From the NCBI GenBank assembly GCA_032128875.1, contig JAVLKG010000006.1, forward strand, positions 1-64,000: DNA of 64,000 bases, written 5' to 3'. The notes under the pieces are model-generated. The model saw only the letters and a list, made by a program, of their open reading frames with translations. It made no database searches and was not told where the DNA came from. Below, in pieces: positions 36,014 through 46,589 of the stretch (positions within the stretch are counted from its first letter, which is position 1; each line of letters starts with the position of its first letter). The stretch comes from Candidatus Melainabacteria bacterium 17Bon1m. GTDB taxonomy: Bacteria; Cyanobacteriota; Vampirovibrionia; Obscuribacterales; Obscuribacteraceae. Position numbers and translations under genes: made by a program.

Positions 36014-38689
36014 GTGACATCACCTCTATACTCATTTGAGAAAAGGTTGTTTCATGGGCGGCGATTTAGATTGAGCGGCAACAGGCCTGCAAGTTTGGAT
36101 TCTTTGACAGGCTTAGACACAGCGCCGCTTTATGCGAGCGTTGCTCTAGACGTTCAAATCCGCGACCTAAAAGACCGGCTCTTTACCTATAAAGTGCCGG
36201 AGCATTTTAAAGATGACGCATTTGTCGGAGCTCAAGTCCTGGTGCCGTTCGGCGCACAGGGGCTTGTGGCGGGCTATGTTGTATCTCTCACATATACTCC
36301 GGAGAGTTATGGCGACGGGAAGGTCAATTTCAAGGAAATTTCCGACATCCTTGTCCCAGAGCCTGCTTTTGACTCTAATTATGTCGGACTGCTCCATTGG
36401 ATAGCTGATTTCTATCTGTGCAATATATCTGATGTGATTCAAGCCGCAATACCGTCCATTGCCGCACCAAAAACCAAGCGTGTTATTTCACTTAACGAAG
36501 TCGCGTTCACCATCGTTCCGTTTGAGATGCAGCCTTATTACAAGGATAAAGCGGCGCGGGCAATTGTTGAAGTTTTAAAAGAATCGAAGAGCGGAGTTCT
36601 TGCTGTGAGCGCTGCCAAACAGCGTTTTCAAAAAAAGATAAAGCAGACGCAAGGGCAGTTTTTTAGAGCTCTGACTTTGCTGCGACAAGAAAACGTCGTC
36701 ACGATTTCCACCGAAACTGAAGCCGGCACACAACCGAAAACTCAGCGTTGTGTTGCAGTTGGGATGAGCGAGCCGAAGACTACTCGCCAGAAGGAAGTTG
36801 TGGCAGTACTTAATCGTGCTGGTGGTCAGATGCCACTCAAGCAATTGCTGGAAGAAGCAAAGACAACCCATGGCACTGTGAGAAAATTAGAAGAGGATGG
36901 CATTGTATTCTTCGTTGAGGAAGAATTGGTGCGCGATCCCATGGCGTCAGTAGAGACAGTTGAAACTAAAGCTCGTGGCGCAATTACTCTCACGGACCAG
37001 CAAGAAAAAGTTTTCGCGACACTGAAGCAATCGTTGGAAGACTGCTTCGATGGCAATATTCGTCTCGTTGAGCGCGACCCGGCAAAACCGGGTGCAAGCC
37101 TGAAAAGCGTCAATTCTCAGCCGTGGCTCCTGCATGGAGTTACAGGTTCAGGCAAAACTGAAATTTATATCCGGCTGATGGAAGAATGTTTGGAGCACGG
37201 TCGGACGGCACTGCTTTTGGTGCCTGAAATAAGTTTGACTCCTCAACTTTCTCGACTTTTGAAAACTCGCTTTGGCGGTAGTGTTGCAGTTTGGCACAGC
37301 GCTCTGAGCCCTGGTGAGCGCTATGACACGTGGCGACGGATAAAGTCCGGCGATGTGAAAGTTTTACTCGGTGCCCGGTCGGCGATTTTGGTCCATATGC
37401 CCGATCTCGGTTTGATTATCCTAGACGAAGAACACGACGGCAGTTACAAGCAATCGAGTCCGGCTCCTCGTTATCACGCCAGAGAAATTGCCGAAGAGAG
37501 AGCCGAAAGAGAAGGTGCTTTGCTGCTTTTGGGCAGTGCAACACCAGATGTCGGTACTTATAAACGTGCCATTGCCGAAGGAAAAATTCTAGAACTTCCC
37601 GAGCGTGTTTTTAAGCAAGCACTGCCCGCGGTGAACATTGTCGACATGCGTCAGGAATTTTCCGAAGGAAATCGCACAATTTTTTCCAACGTTCTGGCGG
37701 GAGCAGTGCAAGAGCGCCTCAACGCAAACGAGCAGATCATCCTTCTAATTAACCGGCGCGGTTATGCCAACCATGTATTTTGCCGCGGATGCGGATTCGT
37801 TGTTCGCTGCAAGAATTGCAGTGTTTCCATGGTCTACCACCAAAAGCTCAATCAGTCCGAAGGATACATGGCTTGCCACCACTGCGCCTATACACTAAAT
37901 GGACTAAAACTCTGCCCTTCATGCAAGGGGCCATTCATCAAGCAATATGGATTAGGAACGCAGCGCGTTGAAGAAGAAGTGCTAGAACGATTCCCGGACG
38001 CGAAAGTCATACGCCTGGACAGCGACGTAGCGCAAACCAAAGGTGCACATGAGAGGCTGCTTTCTAAGTTTGCTTCCGGAGAAGCAGATGTACTTATCGG
38101 AACGCAAATGGTGGCAAAAGGTCTGGACATCGAAAGGGTAACTCTTGTTGGTGTTCTGGCTGCGGACGCGGCATTCAATATGCCCGACTACAGATCTATG
38201 GAGCGCGGTTTCCAACTTCTCACGCAGGTTTCTGGGCGAGCCGGGCGCGGCAAGCACCCTGGCTCTGTCATTTTCCAGAGCTACAACTGTGACATGCCGG
38301 TAATTGCATGGGCACAGACACACAATTACAAGTCATTTGCCGGAAGTGAATTGGAGTCTCGCGAACTATTTCAGTATCCGCCGTTTAGTCAAATAATTCG
38401 CGTCGTAATTGCCGGTGTTGATCCAGTCGCGACCGAAAGTGCTTGCGAGCGCTTGGCTGAAGAAATCGGGCATCAGCTTGAGGAAACCATCGGTCTTAGC
38501 GATGTAAAAATTCTTGGGCCTGCGCCTTGCATTATCGAGCGATTGAGAAATAAATTCCGCTTCCACTTGATCATAAAAAATCTTGCTGGAGAAGAAGGGC
38601 GAAAGTTGATCGGCGGTTTCCTGCGCGCAAAGCGTATGCCACCGGATCTTCAAATGGCAGTCGATGTGGGCGCTTTGGACTTGCTATAG
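36014..38689 (+). CDS. priA: Primosomal protein N' (replication restart helicase)
   Basis: LLHGVTGSGKTE, DEEHD, SATP, four CxxC pairs, GTQMVAKGLD, QVSGRAGR; start uncertain. Confidence 0.97.
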   Translation: MTSPLYSFEKRLFHGRRFRLSGNRPASLDSLTGLDTAPLYASVALDVQIRDLKDRLFTYKVPEHFKDDAFVGAQVLVPFGAQGLVAGYVVSLTYTPESYGDGKVNFKEISDILVPEPAFDSNYVGLLHWIADFYLCNISDVIQAAIPSIAAPKTKRVISLNEVAFTIVPFEMQPYYKDKAARAIVEVLKESKSGVLAVSAAKQRFQKKIKQTQGQFFRALTLLRQENVVTISTETEAGTQPKTQRCVAVGMSEPKTTRQKEVVAVLNRAGGQMPLKQLLEEAKTTHGTVRKLEEDGIVFFVEEELVRDPMASVETVETKARGAITLTDQQEKVFATLKQSLEDCFDGNIRLVERDPAKPGASLKSVNSQPWLLHGVTGSGKTEIYIRLMEECLEHGRTALLLVPEISLTPQLSRLLKTRFGGSVAVWHSALSPGERYDTWRRIKSGDVKVLLGARSAILVHMPDLGLIILDEEHDGSYKQSSPAPRYHAREIAEERAEREGALLLLGSATPDVGTYKRAIAEGKILELPERVFKQALPAVNIVDMRQEFSEGNRTIFSNVLAGAVQERLNANEQIILLINRRGYANHVFCRGCGFVVRCKNCSVSMVYHQKLNQSEGYMACHHCAYTLNGLKLCPSCKGPFIKQYGLGTQRVEEEVLERFPDAKVIRLDSDVAQTKGAHERLLSKFASGEADVLIGTQMVAKGLDIERVTLVGVLAADAAFNMPDYRSMERGFQLLTQVSGRAGRGKHPGSVIFQSYNCDMPVIAWAQTHNYKSFAGSELESRELFQYPPFSQIIRVVIAGVDPVATESACERLAEEIGHQLEETIGLSDVKILGPAPCIIERLRNKFRFHLIIKNLAGEEGRKLIGGFLRAKRMPPDLQMAVDVGALDLL

Positions 38690-38757
38690 CTCTCTTTGGT
38701 ATTGGAACCGATACCAGCCTCAAAACGTCATCCAGTAGATGATTAGAGGTGATTTTT

Positions 38758-38988
38758 ATGAAAGACCTTTTCAAAGATAAGAAGACCGAGCGAGTAGGTT
38801 TGCTCGTGGCGACGGTCATATTCGGCATTATTGGCGTGGCGCAATTATGGCGCGCGTTTTCAGGTGTGCCAGTTGCCTTCAACGGCACTGCCGTGCCCGT
38901 TTGGATTAGTCTGGTAGTCGGCTGTCTGGCTCTGTTTATGTCATTTTGGATGGGACAGATTCTCAGACACAACCGTCCGATTATTTAG
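38758..38988 (+). CDS. Small two-TM membrane protein
   Basis: GAGGTG RBS, two hydrophobic helices. Confidence 0.65.
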   Translation: MKDLFKDKKTERVGLLVATVIFGIIGVAQLWRAFSGVPVAFNGTAVPVWISLVVGCLALFMSFWMGQILRHNRPII

Positions 38989-39099
38989 AGATAGCTGCAT
39001 GAATAAATCCATTCGTTTAATGCGCTGGCGCATTCTCTGGAGAAATTTCCGTGTACGCGGTAAGAGAAGCTTTCGACTAAAGTCGCGACAAGCCGCTTT

Positions 39100-39873
39100 C
39101 TAGAATAATCCAGTAGACAAACCGGCCGCAATTGCAAGAAGCAAGACAGAAGCGGCGATTTCAATTTTTTTGAGCGACATCTTCTTCAAGAGTTTGTTGC
39201 CGATTAAGGTGCCTGCAATCGCTGAAAGAGTGGCTGCAGAAAGAAGAGCGAGATGTCCGGAAAGTTCGGGTCCACTAATCTGCTTCCAATAAACCGTCAG
39301 TCGACCTATATCGACCAAACAACCAATAGCAGCACCAGTGCCAATTAGCTCCTCTTTCGTCAGCCCCGCTTTTAAGAGGAACATCGTTCTGAACGCACCC
39401 TGATTACCAGACAAACCACCGAAGAAGCCGCTCAGCAGCCCGCCGACCGGCATCCATTCGGGTTCGATTACCCACTTTTCTGAAATCCCAAATAAGTCCA
39501 TGAGCGCAAAGAGAGCCATTAAGATGCCGATAACAATCCGCACTGGCGTGGTTTTGAGAGTTCTTCCTCCAATTTCGTAGTTAAATATCAACTGCTGGCT
39601 GTCAATCATGTTGAGTAAGAAGGCTCCGGCCAGAGCGGCGCACAGCGCGGCAATCCCGAAGCGCAGCAGTATATCCTTGCGAGCATGACGACCAACCAGA
39701 AATAGCTTGAAAACGTTGTTGGACAGGTGGACTACGGCTGTCGCAGCTATGGCGACACTTATTGGAAAAATCAGCACAAAAACAGCCAGGAGCACCGTTC
39801 CGAGCCCAAAGCCCGTGAAAAATGTCAATATAGCCGCAAAAAACGCTGAAACAATCGCCAGAACAAATGTCAC
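39100..39873 (-). CDS. TSUP (TauE/SafE) family permease
   Basis: FFTGFGLGT, GGLLSGFFGGLSGNQGA repeated halves, multiple TM helices. Confidence 0.88.
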   Translation of the reverse strand: MTFVLAIVSAFFAAILTFFTGFGLGTVLLAVFVLIFPISVAIAATAVVHLSNNVFKLFLVGRHARKDILLRFGIAALCAALAGAFLLNMIDSQQLIFNYEIGGRTLKTTPVRIVIGILMALFALMDLFGISEKWVIEPEWMPVGGLLSGFFGGLSGNQGAFRTMFLLKAGLTKEELIGTGAAIGCLVDIGRLTVYWKQISGPELSGHLALLSAATLSAIAGTLIGNKLLKKMSLKKIEIAASVLLLAIAAGLSTGLF

Positions 39874-40013
39874 GTTATTACCTTTTCCGCCTCATGAGCA
39901 AAAGTCTAACCCTGTTGCGGTTATAGAGGATGGTGTAAAGCGTTTTCTGCCAAAAATTTCACCATTAACCTGATTCTCTGGCAGGCACGCAGGCTCGCGG
40001 TTACACTGAGTTC

Positions 40014-41339
40014 GTGACAGTCATTTATTACATCGGAATCACTCTATTGCTCCTGTTCGTCTGGCCGGTGCTGATTTTTAGCAGCAAAGCCCGGTTCGGC
40101 GTCGCTCAGAAGCTTGGATTCATTCCTTCTGCAGTGCGTGAGCGCCTCAAATCTGTGAGTGTCAAGCCTGTATGGTTTCATTCCGTTTCGGTAGGCGAAT
40201 TCAACGCTGCATATCCCCTGATAAAGGCTTTTCACGAAAAACATCCAACCCGCCCAATTGTCGTCTCCACAACAACGGGTACAGGGCAAAAACTTGCAAT
40301 GGAGCGTGTCGGCGACTTCGCTCAGGTGATCTACTTTCCTTACGATGCTTATTTTTGCGTGAAGTCTTGGCTGGATGCGATTAACCCGGCCCTGTTCGTA
40401 GTCGTGGAAACCGAGATGTGGCCAGGCTTGATTAGTCAATGCAAGAAGCGCGGTGTCCCTGTCGTTATAGTCAACGGAAGAATTTCACCTCGCTCATTCA
40501 AGTCTTACTGCCGGATAAAACCGTTCTTTCAGCGCTACGTGAAAATGATCGAGCGCATTGGTGCGCAGACGGAAAATGAAGCTGAGCGCTACAAGATGCT
40601 CAGCGATGGCGCTGTGCCTATAGACGTCATGGGAAATCTCAAGTGCGATGGCTTGCAGCCAAAGCCCAAGGAAGAGATAGATAGGTTGCGCAGCAGCCTT
40701 GATTTGGGCGCGGACGATCTTGTCTTTATTGCAGGCTCTACGCACGAAGGTGAAGAAGCCGCAGTATTGAGTGCCTACACGCAAGCACTGAAGCTGATGC
40801 CGGATAAGACGATTCGGTTGATCATCGCGCCCCGTCATCCTCAGCGTTTTGATCGCGCTGCCGAACTTATCAAAGCATCGGGCTTTACAGTGCTTCGCCA
40901 CTCTAAATCTGAGCGCTTTAAAAACGACTTCGATGTTTATCTCATCGACAGCATTGGTCATCTCGCTTCTTTTTACGGTGTTGCCACTGTGGCATTCGTA
41001 GGTGGCACTATCGCGCCAATCGGCGGGCATAACGTTTTAGAACCTTATACATACAATGTGCCGGTTATCGCCGGACCTCGTTTGGAGAAAACACGTGATT
41101 TCGCTCGATTGCTGCAAGATCGCGATGCGCTCTTCATTGTGAAGAATGCCAACGAGATGGCGCAGGAATTGCAGCGATTGCTTAGTGATGAAAGCCTCAG
41201 ACTTGAGATCGGAGTGCGCGGCAACAAGCTGCTTTTGGACAGTCAAGGCGCAGTCAGTAAGGCGCTTGTGATTTTGGAGGAAACTCTCGGAACAACGTCA
41301 GTTACACCAGAACCACAAAGAAGGAATGTAACTGCATGA
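40014..41339 (+). CDS. waaA: 3-deoxy-D-manno-octulosonic acid (Kdo) transferase
   Basis: WFHSVSVGE, STTTGTG, ETEMWP, GSTHEGEE, APRHPQR, GGHNVLEP. Confidence 0.96.
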   Translation: MTVIYYIGITLLLLFVWPVLIFSSKARFGVAQKLGFIPSAVRERLKSVSVKPVWFHSVSVGEFNAAYPLIKAFHEKHPTRPIVVSTTTGTGQKLAMERVGDFAQVIYFPYDAYFCVKSWLDAINPALFVVVETEMWPGLISQCKKRGVPVVIVNGRISPRSFKSYCRIKPFFQRYVKMIERIGAQTENEAERYKMLSDGAVPIDVMGNLKCDGLQPKPKEEIDRLRSSLDLGADDLVFIAGSTHEGEEAAVLSAYTQALKLMPDKTIRLIIAPRHPQRFDRAAELIKASGFTVLRHSKSERFKNDFDVYLIDSIGHLASFYGVATVAFVGGTIAPIGGHNVLEPYTYNVPVIAGPRLEKTRDFARLLQDRDALFIVKNANEMAQELQRLLSDESLRLEIGVRGNKLLLDSQGAVSKALVILEETLGTTSVTPEPQRRNVTA

Positions 41340-42436
41340 GCTGGGGCAATCCGCAATCTTCGCAAGAGAAAATTCTCTACGGTCTAATCAGCCCGCTTTC
41401 GGTTGGCTACGGCATTGGTTCTTACTTTCGCCTGGCTGCATATTCGAAAGGTTACATGAAGCGAATTAAGTTGCCGATTCCGGTAGTGAGCGTCGGCAAT
41501 ATCACATGCGGTGGCACTGGAAAGACCCCGATGGCAATCGACATCACGCGCAGATTGATAGCTGCAGGCTACAAAGTTGCCGTGTTGAGTCGTGGTTACG
41601 CAAGAAAGTCGAAGCAAAAGGTGACTGTCGTTTCAAATGGAAAAGGCGATTTCGCCCTTTGCGAGGAAGCCGGTGACGAACCACTGCTGATTGCTATGTC
41701 GGTGCCGGAGGCTGTTGTTATCGTCGGCAGCAGTCGGGCGCAGACGGCTGCACTTGCGATCGAACAATACAATGCAGATGTGATTGTTTTGGATGACGGG
41801 TTCCAGCACATTCGTCTGGAGCGAGATCTCGATATCGTTCTTGTCGATTACAACGATGACCCGGAAAATGACATGCTCTTGCCTGCGGGCAGATTGCGTG
41901 AGCCTCTGTCCGCGCTCAATCGAGCACGCGTTGTAATCATAACCAAGGTCCCGGCACAGCCTGATCAAGAACGTCTGGAAAAGCTGCGCGCTACGATTCG
42001 CAAACATGCAGACCGTGCAGAAATCGCTGAAGCTCGATTTGTGCCGAAAGGGCTGCGCACTAATAGTGGTGCCGCGCCTCTGGAACAATTGAAAGGACAG
42101 CGTGTTGTAGCTTTCTGTGGAGTCGCGCGGCCAGAAGGTTTTGCCGCTACGCTCAATCAACTCGGCTGTACGGTTGTGCAGTTGAAGAGTTTTTCCGACC
42201 ACCACTGGTACACGCCTGATGAGTTAAAAATGCTCGAGAAGCTGATGCGTGAATCGAATGCATCAGCGGTTGTAACAACCGAAAAAGACATGGTCAAAAT
42301 CGCCCCTCATGACCGTTTGAATCAGCATCTTATTGCCGTCGAAATTGGTGTTGAGTGGCTGGGTCCACTGCCTTTGCATATTTCGGACATGATGAAGGGA
42401 AAGTTTGAGAGTGAATTGAAGCAAAAGCAAAAGTGA
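41336..42436 (+). CDS. lpxK: Tetraacyldisaccharide 4'-kinase
   Basis: SVGNITCGGTGKTP, LSRGY, GDEP, LDDGFQH, PAGRLRE, TTEKD. Confidence 0.96.
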   Translation: MSWGNPQSSQEKILYGLISPLSVGYGIGSYFRLAAYSKGYMKRIKLPIPVVSVGNITCGGTGKTPMAIDITRRLIAAGYKVAVLSRGYARKSKQKVTVVSNGKGDFALCEEAGDEPLLIAMSVPEAVVIVGSSRAQTAALAIEQYNADVIVLDDGFQHIRLERDLDIVLVDYNDDPENDMLLPAGRLREPLSALNRARVVIITKVPAQPDQERLEKLRATIRKHADRAEIAEARFVPKGLRTNSGAAPLEQLKGQRVVAFCGVARPEGFAATLNQLGCTVVQLKSFSDHHWYTPDELKMLEKLMRESNASAVVTTEKDMVKIAPHDRLNQHLIAVEIGVEWLGPLPLHISDMMKGKFESELKQKQK

Positions 42437-43515
42437 CGAGTTTCAACTATATGTCTGCTCCAAGTTCAAATCTTCTGAAAAACGCCAAGCGAATTCTCGT
42501 CATCCGTTATCGCTTCATTGGCGACACGATTTTGACGGTTCCCTTTCTTCGAAATCTGAGGCAAGCTGGTCCGAATGCAGTCATCGATGTGCTTGTCGGA
42601 CCTCAGAGCGGAAGTGTTTTGGAGAATTGCCCCTACGTAAACGAGCTCATCGAATTTGATACCACGCGGTTTCACAAATATGACAGTGGCAAAGGCAAAG
42701 CAAAAAACTTTTGGCATTACGCTTTCATGCTTAGAAAGAAAAAGTACGATTGCGTTTTTGTTCTAAAACGATCTTTGTCTTCCGCTTTCCTGTCTTGGTT
42801 TACCGGCGCACCCTTGCGTATCGGTTATGCGACCGAAGGTAGAAGGTTTCTTCTCACCCATCCGGTGAAGTGGCGCAAAGATGTACACGAAGTCGAATCT
42901 CTTTTTGATATTCTTGAAGCTGCCGGTGCTCAAGTTTCGAATCGCGAACTCGAAGCTTGGATTTCTCAGGACGAATCGCAAAGGGTCGAACAACTCGTTC
43001 CTGAGCTGAAAGACAGCGGCATGAAAATCTTGATCCATGCTGCTGCTGCGCACCCGGACAAAATGTATCCTGTCGAGAATTGGTTGAAGATTTTAAAAGC
43101 TCTCAATGAAAAGTTTTCGGCGACGTTTTTCTTCTCAGGAGCAGAACGTGATGTGCAGTTAAATGGGAAGCTTATTGCAACGTCTGGCGTTAGCGGTGTC
43201 AATTGCGCCGGGCGTCTTTCTTTGAGGGAAAGCATGGCTCTCTATTCGAGAATGCAGTTGGCAGTCTGTGTTGATTCTGGGCCGGCACACCTGAGCGCAT
43301 CTGTAGGTACGCCAACGATAGCTATCTTTGGTCCGACTGACCCCAATCGTTGGAGACCATACGGAGCCAAGCATCAAGCGGTTTTCGATAAATCAATTGC
43401 CTGCGCAGCCTGCGCTGGAAAGAAAGAACTGACAAAGCATGATTGTCTCGTCTTGCTAAACCCAGACAAAGTCATCGATGCCGCTGTCTCCGTTTTCAGC
43501 GCAACTTCGTCGTGA
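42433..43515 (+). CDS. Glycosyltransferase family 9 (LPS heptosyltransferase-like)
   Basis: ILVIRYRFIGDTIL..P, VDSGPAHL, AIFGPT..RW.P. Confidence 0.9.
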   Translation: MTSFNYMSAPSSNLLKNAKRILVIRYRFIGDTILTVPFLRNLRQAGPNAVIDVLVGPQSGSVLENCPYVNELIEFDTTRFHKYDSGKGKAKNFWHYAFMLRKKKYDCVFVLKRSLSSAFLSWFTGAPLRIGYATEGRRFLLTHPVKWRKDVHEVESLFDILEAAGAQVSNRELEAWISQDESQRVEQLVPELKDSGMKILIHAAAAHPDKMYPVENWLKILKALNEKFSATFFFSGAERDVQLNGKLIATSGVSGVNCAGRLSLRESMALYSRMQLAVCVDSGPAHLSASVGTPTIAIFGPTDPNRWRPYGAKHQAVFDKSIACAACAGKKELTKHDCLVLLNPDKVIDAAVSVFSATSS

Positions 43516-43537
43516 TGCCTTCGCCTGGGCATTGCAG

Positions 43538-44173
43538 CTATTTAGAAACAGTGTCCTTGTCCATCGCTGCCGGCGGTGCGTCTGTTTTGAAAAGAAACGA
43601 CGATTCTAGAAGGACCGGCAACCCGCGCAAAACACAAAATGCACAAGTGACATAGACTAAAACATCTGCCACCATGGGAAGTGGCGTTTTGGAAAACATT
43701 TCCGTGCGCGCCGCGATCAAAAAACAGAAGGCTAGAGCCTTGCAAACTGCATAGGTAAAACGGCTGAAATTGGAGGCGACGAGAAACTTGCCGAGACCGC
43801 TCTGCATCATTGTTTTGGCGCCAAAAGCTGTAAAGCCTTGTTCGCTCGCGTGTGAACGAATGGCGTCGACGAAGGTTCCTCTTACAGTGAAAAGCAGCGG
43901 CACCCATAGAGGAACCCATTGAAAGGCTGCGTATGCGATCCAGTAAGACATTTCTACGACGCGGTCGCCGGCGATATCGAGGATGCCGCCAAATTTGGAT
44001 GATTGGTTGAGTTTGCGCGCCAAATATCCGTCGAGCGCATCCGCATAGATGACGAATGCCGTCAGCCAAAACGCTGCCCAGCGAATTGCTTCACCGGGCA
44101 GAGTAAGCATGTAGATGGCAATCAACGCCAAGCCGACCCGGGAAACGGTGACTATGTTGGCGACATTGACCAT
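43538..44173 (-). CDS. CDP-alcohol phosphatidyltransferase (PgsA-like)
   Basis: DALDGYLARKLNQSSKFGGILDIAGD signature. Confidence 0.92.
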   Translation of the reverse strand: MVNVANIVTVSRVGLALIAIYMLTLPGEAIRWAAFWLTAFVIYADALDGYLARKLNQSSKFGGILDIAGDRVVEMSYWIAYAAFQWVPLWVPLLFTVRGTFVDAIRSHASEQGFTAFGAKTMMQSGLGKFLVASNFSRFTYAVCKALAFCFLIAARTEMFSKTPLPMVADVLVYVTCAFCVLRGLPVLLESSFLFKTDAPPAAMDKDTVSK

Positions 44174-44181
44174 TAGTCTTC

Positions 44182-46287
44182 TTATACGTCGAGGCTGGCG
44201 AGATACGAGTTGCTTTCGATGAACTCGCGTCTTGGTCCCACTGATTCGCCCATGAGAAGGTCGAATATGTGTTCGGCCTCCGTCGCGTCTTCAACTGTGA
44301 CTTGTTTTAATGTGCGAGTTTCGGGATTCATTGTTGTATCCCAGAGTTGCTCAGGCATCATTTCGCCAAGACCTTTGAATCGCTGCACGACTGCTTTGTC
44401 GCCCATCTCAGCAAGAATCGCTTCCAGCTTGTGTTCGTTGTAGCAGTACTCCGTGCGCTTACCTTTTTCCACCTTATACAGTGGAGGCATTGCGATATAG
44501 ACATAACCTCTTTCCACCAGCGGTCTTGCGTAGCGGAAGAAGAAGGTGAGAAGAAGTGTGCGGATGTGGCTGCCGTCGACGTCTGCGTCAGTCATGATAA
44601 CGACTTTGTGATAGCGAATTTTCGCCAGGTCGAGATTGACTGCATTCGGTCTCAGCAAGCCGGTGCTCTTGCCGCCCGTTTCTTCATCATCTTCTTTGAC
44701 CACGAGCCCAAGCGCCTGAATCATCGCTTGCACTTCAGCGTTTTCGTATATGCGAGTTGGTTGAACTCTCTCAACGTTCAAGATCTTTCCGCGCAATGGC
44801 AAGATTGCTTGATAGTCGCGGTTGCGGCCCATCTTAGCGGAGCCGCCTGCGGAGTCACCTTCTACAAGGTAGATTTCGCAACGACCCGGATCTCTGTCTG
44901 AGCAGTCGGCGAGTTTGCCGGGCAAAGAAGAATTTTCCAGCGCTGATTGACGGCGCACAAGCTGTCTGGCTTTCTGTGCTTGCTCACGAGCTTGTCTTGC
45001 AAGCACCGCTTTTTGAATGATGTTTTTTGACTCTTTCGGATTCAATTCAAGCCAGTCTTTCAACTTTTCGGTCGTGACTGCTTGCACAATCCCTTGAACT
45101 TCGCGGTTGCCGAGGCGTTCTTTCGTCTGCCCTTCGAATTGCGGTTCTGAAACCTTGACGCTGACGATCGCAGTCAGCCCTTCACGTGCGTCTTCACCAG
45201 TGAAGTTGGCTTCTGATTCTTTGATCAGGTTTTGCTGACGTGCATAATCGTTGATTACGCGGGTCAGGGCGTTACGGAAGCCGGTAAGGTGAGTACCGCC
45301 ATCGCTTGTGCTGATGTTGTTGACGAAGGTGAAAATCGACTCGGAATACATGTCCGTCCATTGCAAAGCGCACTCTACAACGACATCGTCTTTTTCGAGT
45401 TCGAAATACAGCGGAGGCTTGTGCAAGGGGGTACGAGTATCGTTGATGTATTCAACGAAGCTGGCGATACCGCCTTCGTAGTGGAAGGTCAAAGACTTTG
45501 GTTTGCCGTCTTCCATCTCACGCATATCGGTAAGAACCATGCACAGTCCCTTATTAAGGAACGCCATTTCTCGCAAGCGATTGATGAGGACGTCGAATTG
45601 AATGACGATGTGTTCTCTTTCGTTGTCTTCGTTGATGTCGTGGAAGATCAAGTTGTCCGGCCAGAAAGTGACTTTCGTGCCGCGATAGTCTGTGTCGCCG
45701 ACAATGGTCAGACCGCCTTCAGCATCGCCGCGTTTGTAGACTTGCTTGTGAATCTTTCCGTTGCGGTGAACTTCGACTTCCAGCTTTTCTGAAAGCGCGT
45801 TTACAACTGAGGCGCCGACGCCGTGCAAGCCGCCCGATACTTTATATCCGCCGCCGCCGAATTTGCCGCCGGCGTGCAACACTGTGAAGACTGTTTCTAC
45901 GGCGCTTTTGCCGGTTTTTTCGACGATGTCGGTAGGAATACCCCGACCGTTGTCGAGTACTGTTACGGAATTGTCTTCATTGACCGTAACTTCGATGCGA
46001 TTGCAAAAGCCAGCCAGGGCTTCGTCGACTGCGTTGTCTACGATTTCCCAGACGAGGTGGTGGAGGCCTTTTGGACCTGTCGAGCCGATATACATACCGG
46101 GTCTTCTGCGGACGGCTTCCAAGCCCTCTAGGACGTCAATGGTAGCCGCGGAATAGTCTGAATCCTTAGCCTCAACCTTTTCCTTCGGTTGCTTCTCAGG
46201 CGTTGGTTTTTCGACCTGCTCTGCCTTTTCCGGCTCCTGATCTTTTTGTTCTTCAGTCACCGCGCTAGAACCCTCTTTTTTCGCCAT
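44182..46287 (-). CDS. gyrB: Type IIA DNA topoisomerase subunit B (DNA gyrase B)
   Basis: EAVRRRPGMYIG, EIVDNAVDE, DNGRGIP, EGDSAGG, PLRGKILN, MTDADVDG, QRFKGLGEM. Confidence 0.95.
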   Translation of the reverse strand: MAKKEGSSAVTEEQKDQEPEKAEQVEKPTPEKQPKEKVEAKDSDYSAATIDVLEGLEAVRRRPGMYIGSTGPKGLHHLVWEIVDNAVDEALAGFCNRIEVTVNEDNSVTVLDNGRGIPTDIVEKTGKSAVETVFTVLHAGGKFGGGGYKVSGGLHGVGASVVNALSEKLEVEVHRNGKIHKQVYKRGDAEGGLTIVGDTDYRGTKVTFWPDNLIFHDINEDNEREHIVIQFDVLINRLREMAFLNKGLCMVLTDMREMEDGKPKSLTFHYEGGIASFVEYINDTRTPLHKPPLYFELEKDDVVVECALQWTDMYSESIFTFVNNISTSDGGTHLTGFRNALTRVINDYARQQNLIKESEANFTGEDAREGLTAIVSVKVSEPQFEGQTKERLGNREVQGIVQAVTTEKLKDWLELNPKESKNIIQKAVLARQAREQAQKARQLVRRQSALENSSLPGKLADCSDRDPGRCEIYLVEGDSAGGSAKMGRNRDYQAILPLRGKILNVERVQPTRIYENAEVQAMIQALGLVVKEDDEETGGKSTGLLRPNAVNLDLAKIRYHKVVIMTDADVDGSHIRTLLLTFFFRYARPLVERGYVYIAMPPLYKVEKGKRTEYCYNEHKLEAILAEMGDKAVVQRFKGLGEMMPEQLWDTTMNPETRTLKQVTVEDATEAEHIFDLLMGESVGPRREFIESNSYLASLDV

Positions 46288-46589
46288 TTAATTCCACCAA
46301 ATCGGATTGCCAATTCAGCGACCGTTGACCGAGGACGTAACCAGCATTCAATTTCGAATGCCGCACAGAGAGAGGCTTTGATCTCTTTTCCCTCAATGAT
46401 CGCCAGCTCAAATTTTAGCATGTTTGCGTGCATAAATGAAACGGTGAAAACCGCATAACCATTAGACATTCCGCCTATTTGGTTTCCGCCAACCATTGGG
46501 ATAGAATACTTTGCGTCCGGCAATATACAGAATTGCCGTCTTAGTACTACGCTAAGAAATCCGCCGACCCTTAGGACAGGATATCTCTC

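Noticed and set aside
46288-46589. FMN riboswitch or oriC upstream of ribF
   Set aside because: Only short hairpins are present; I recognised no RFN consensus and no DnaA boxes.
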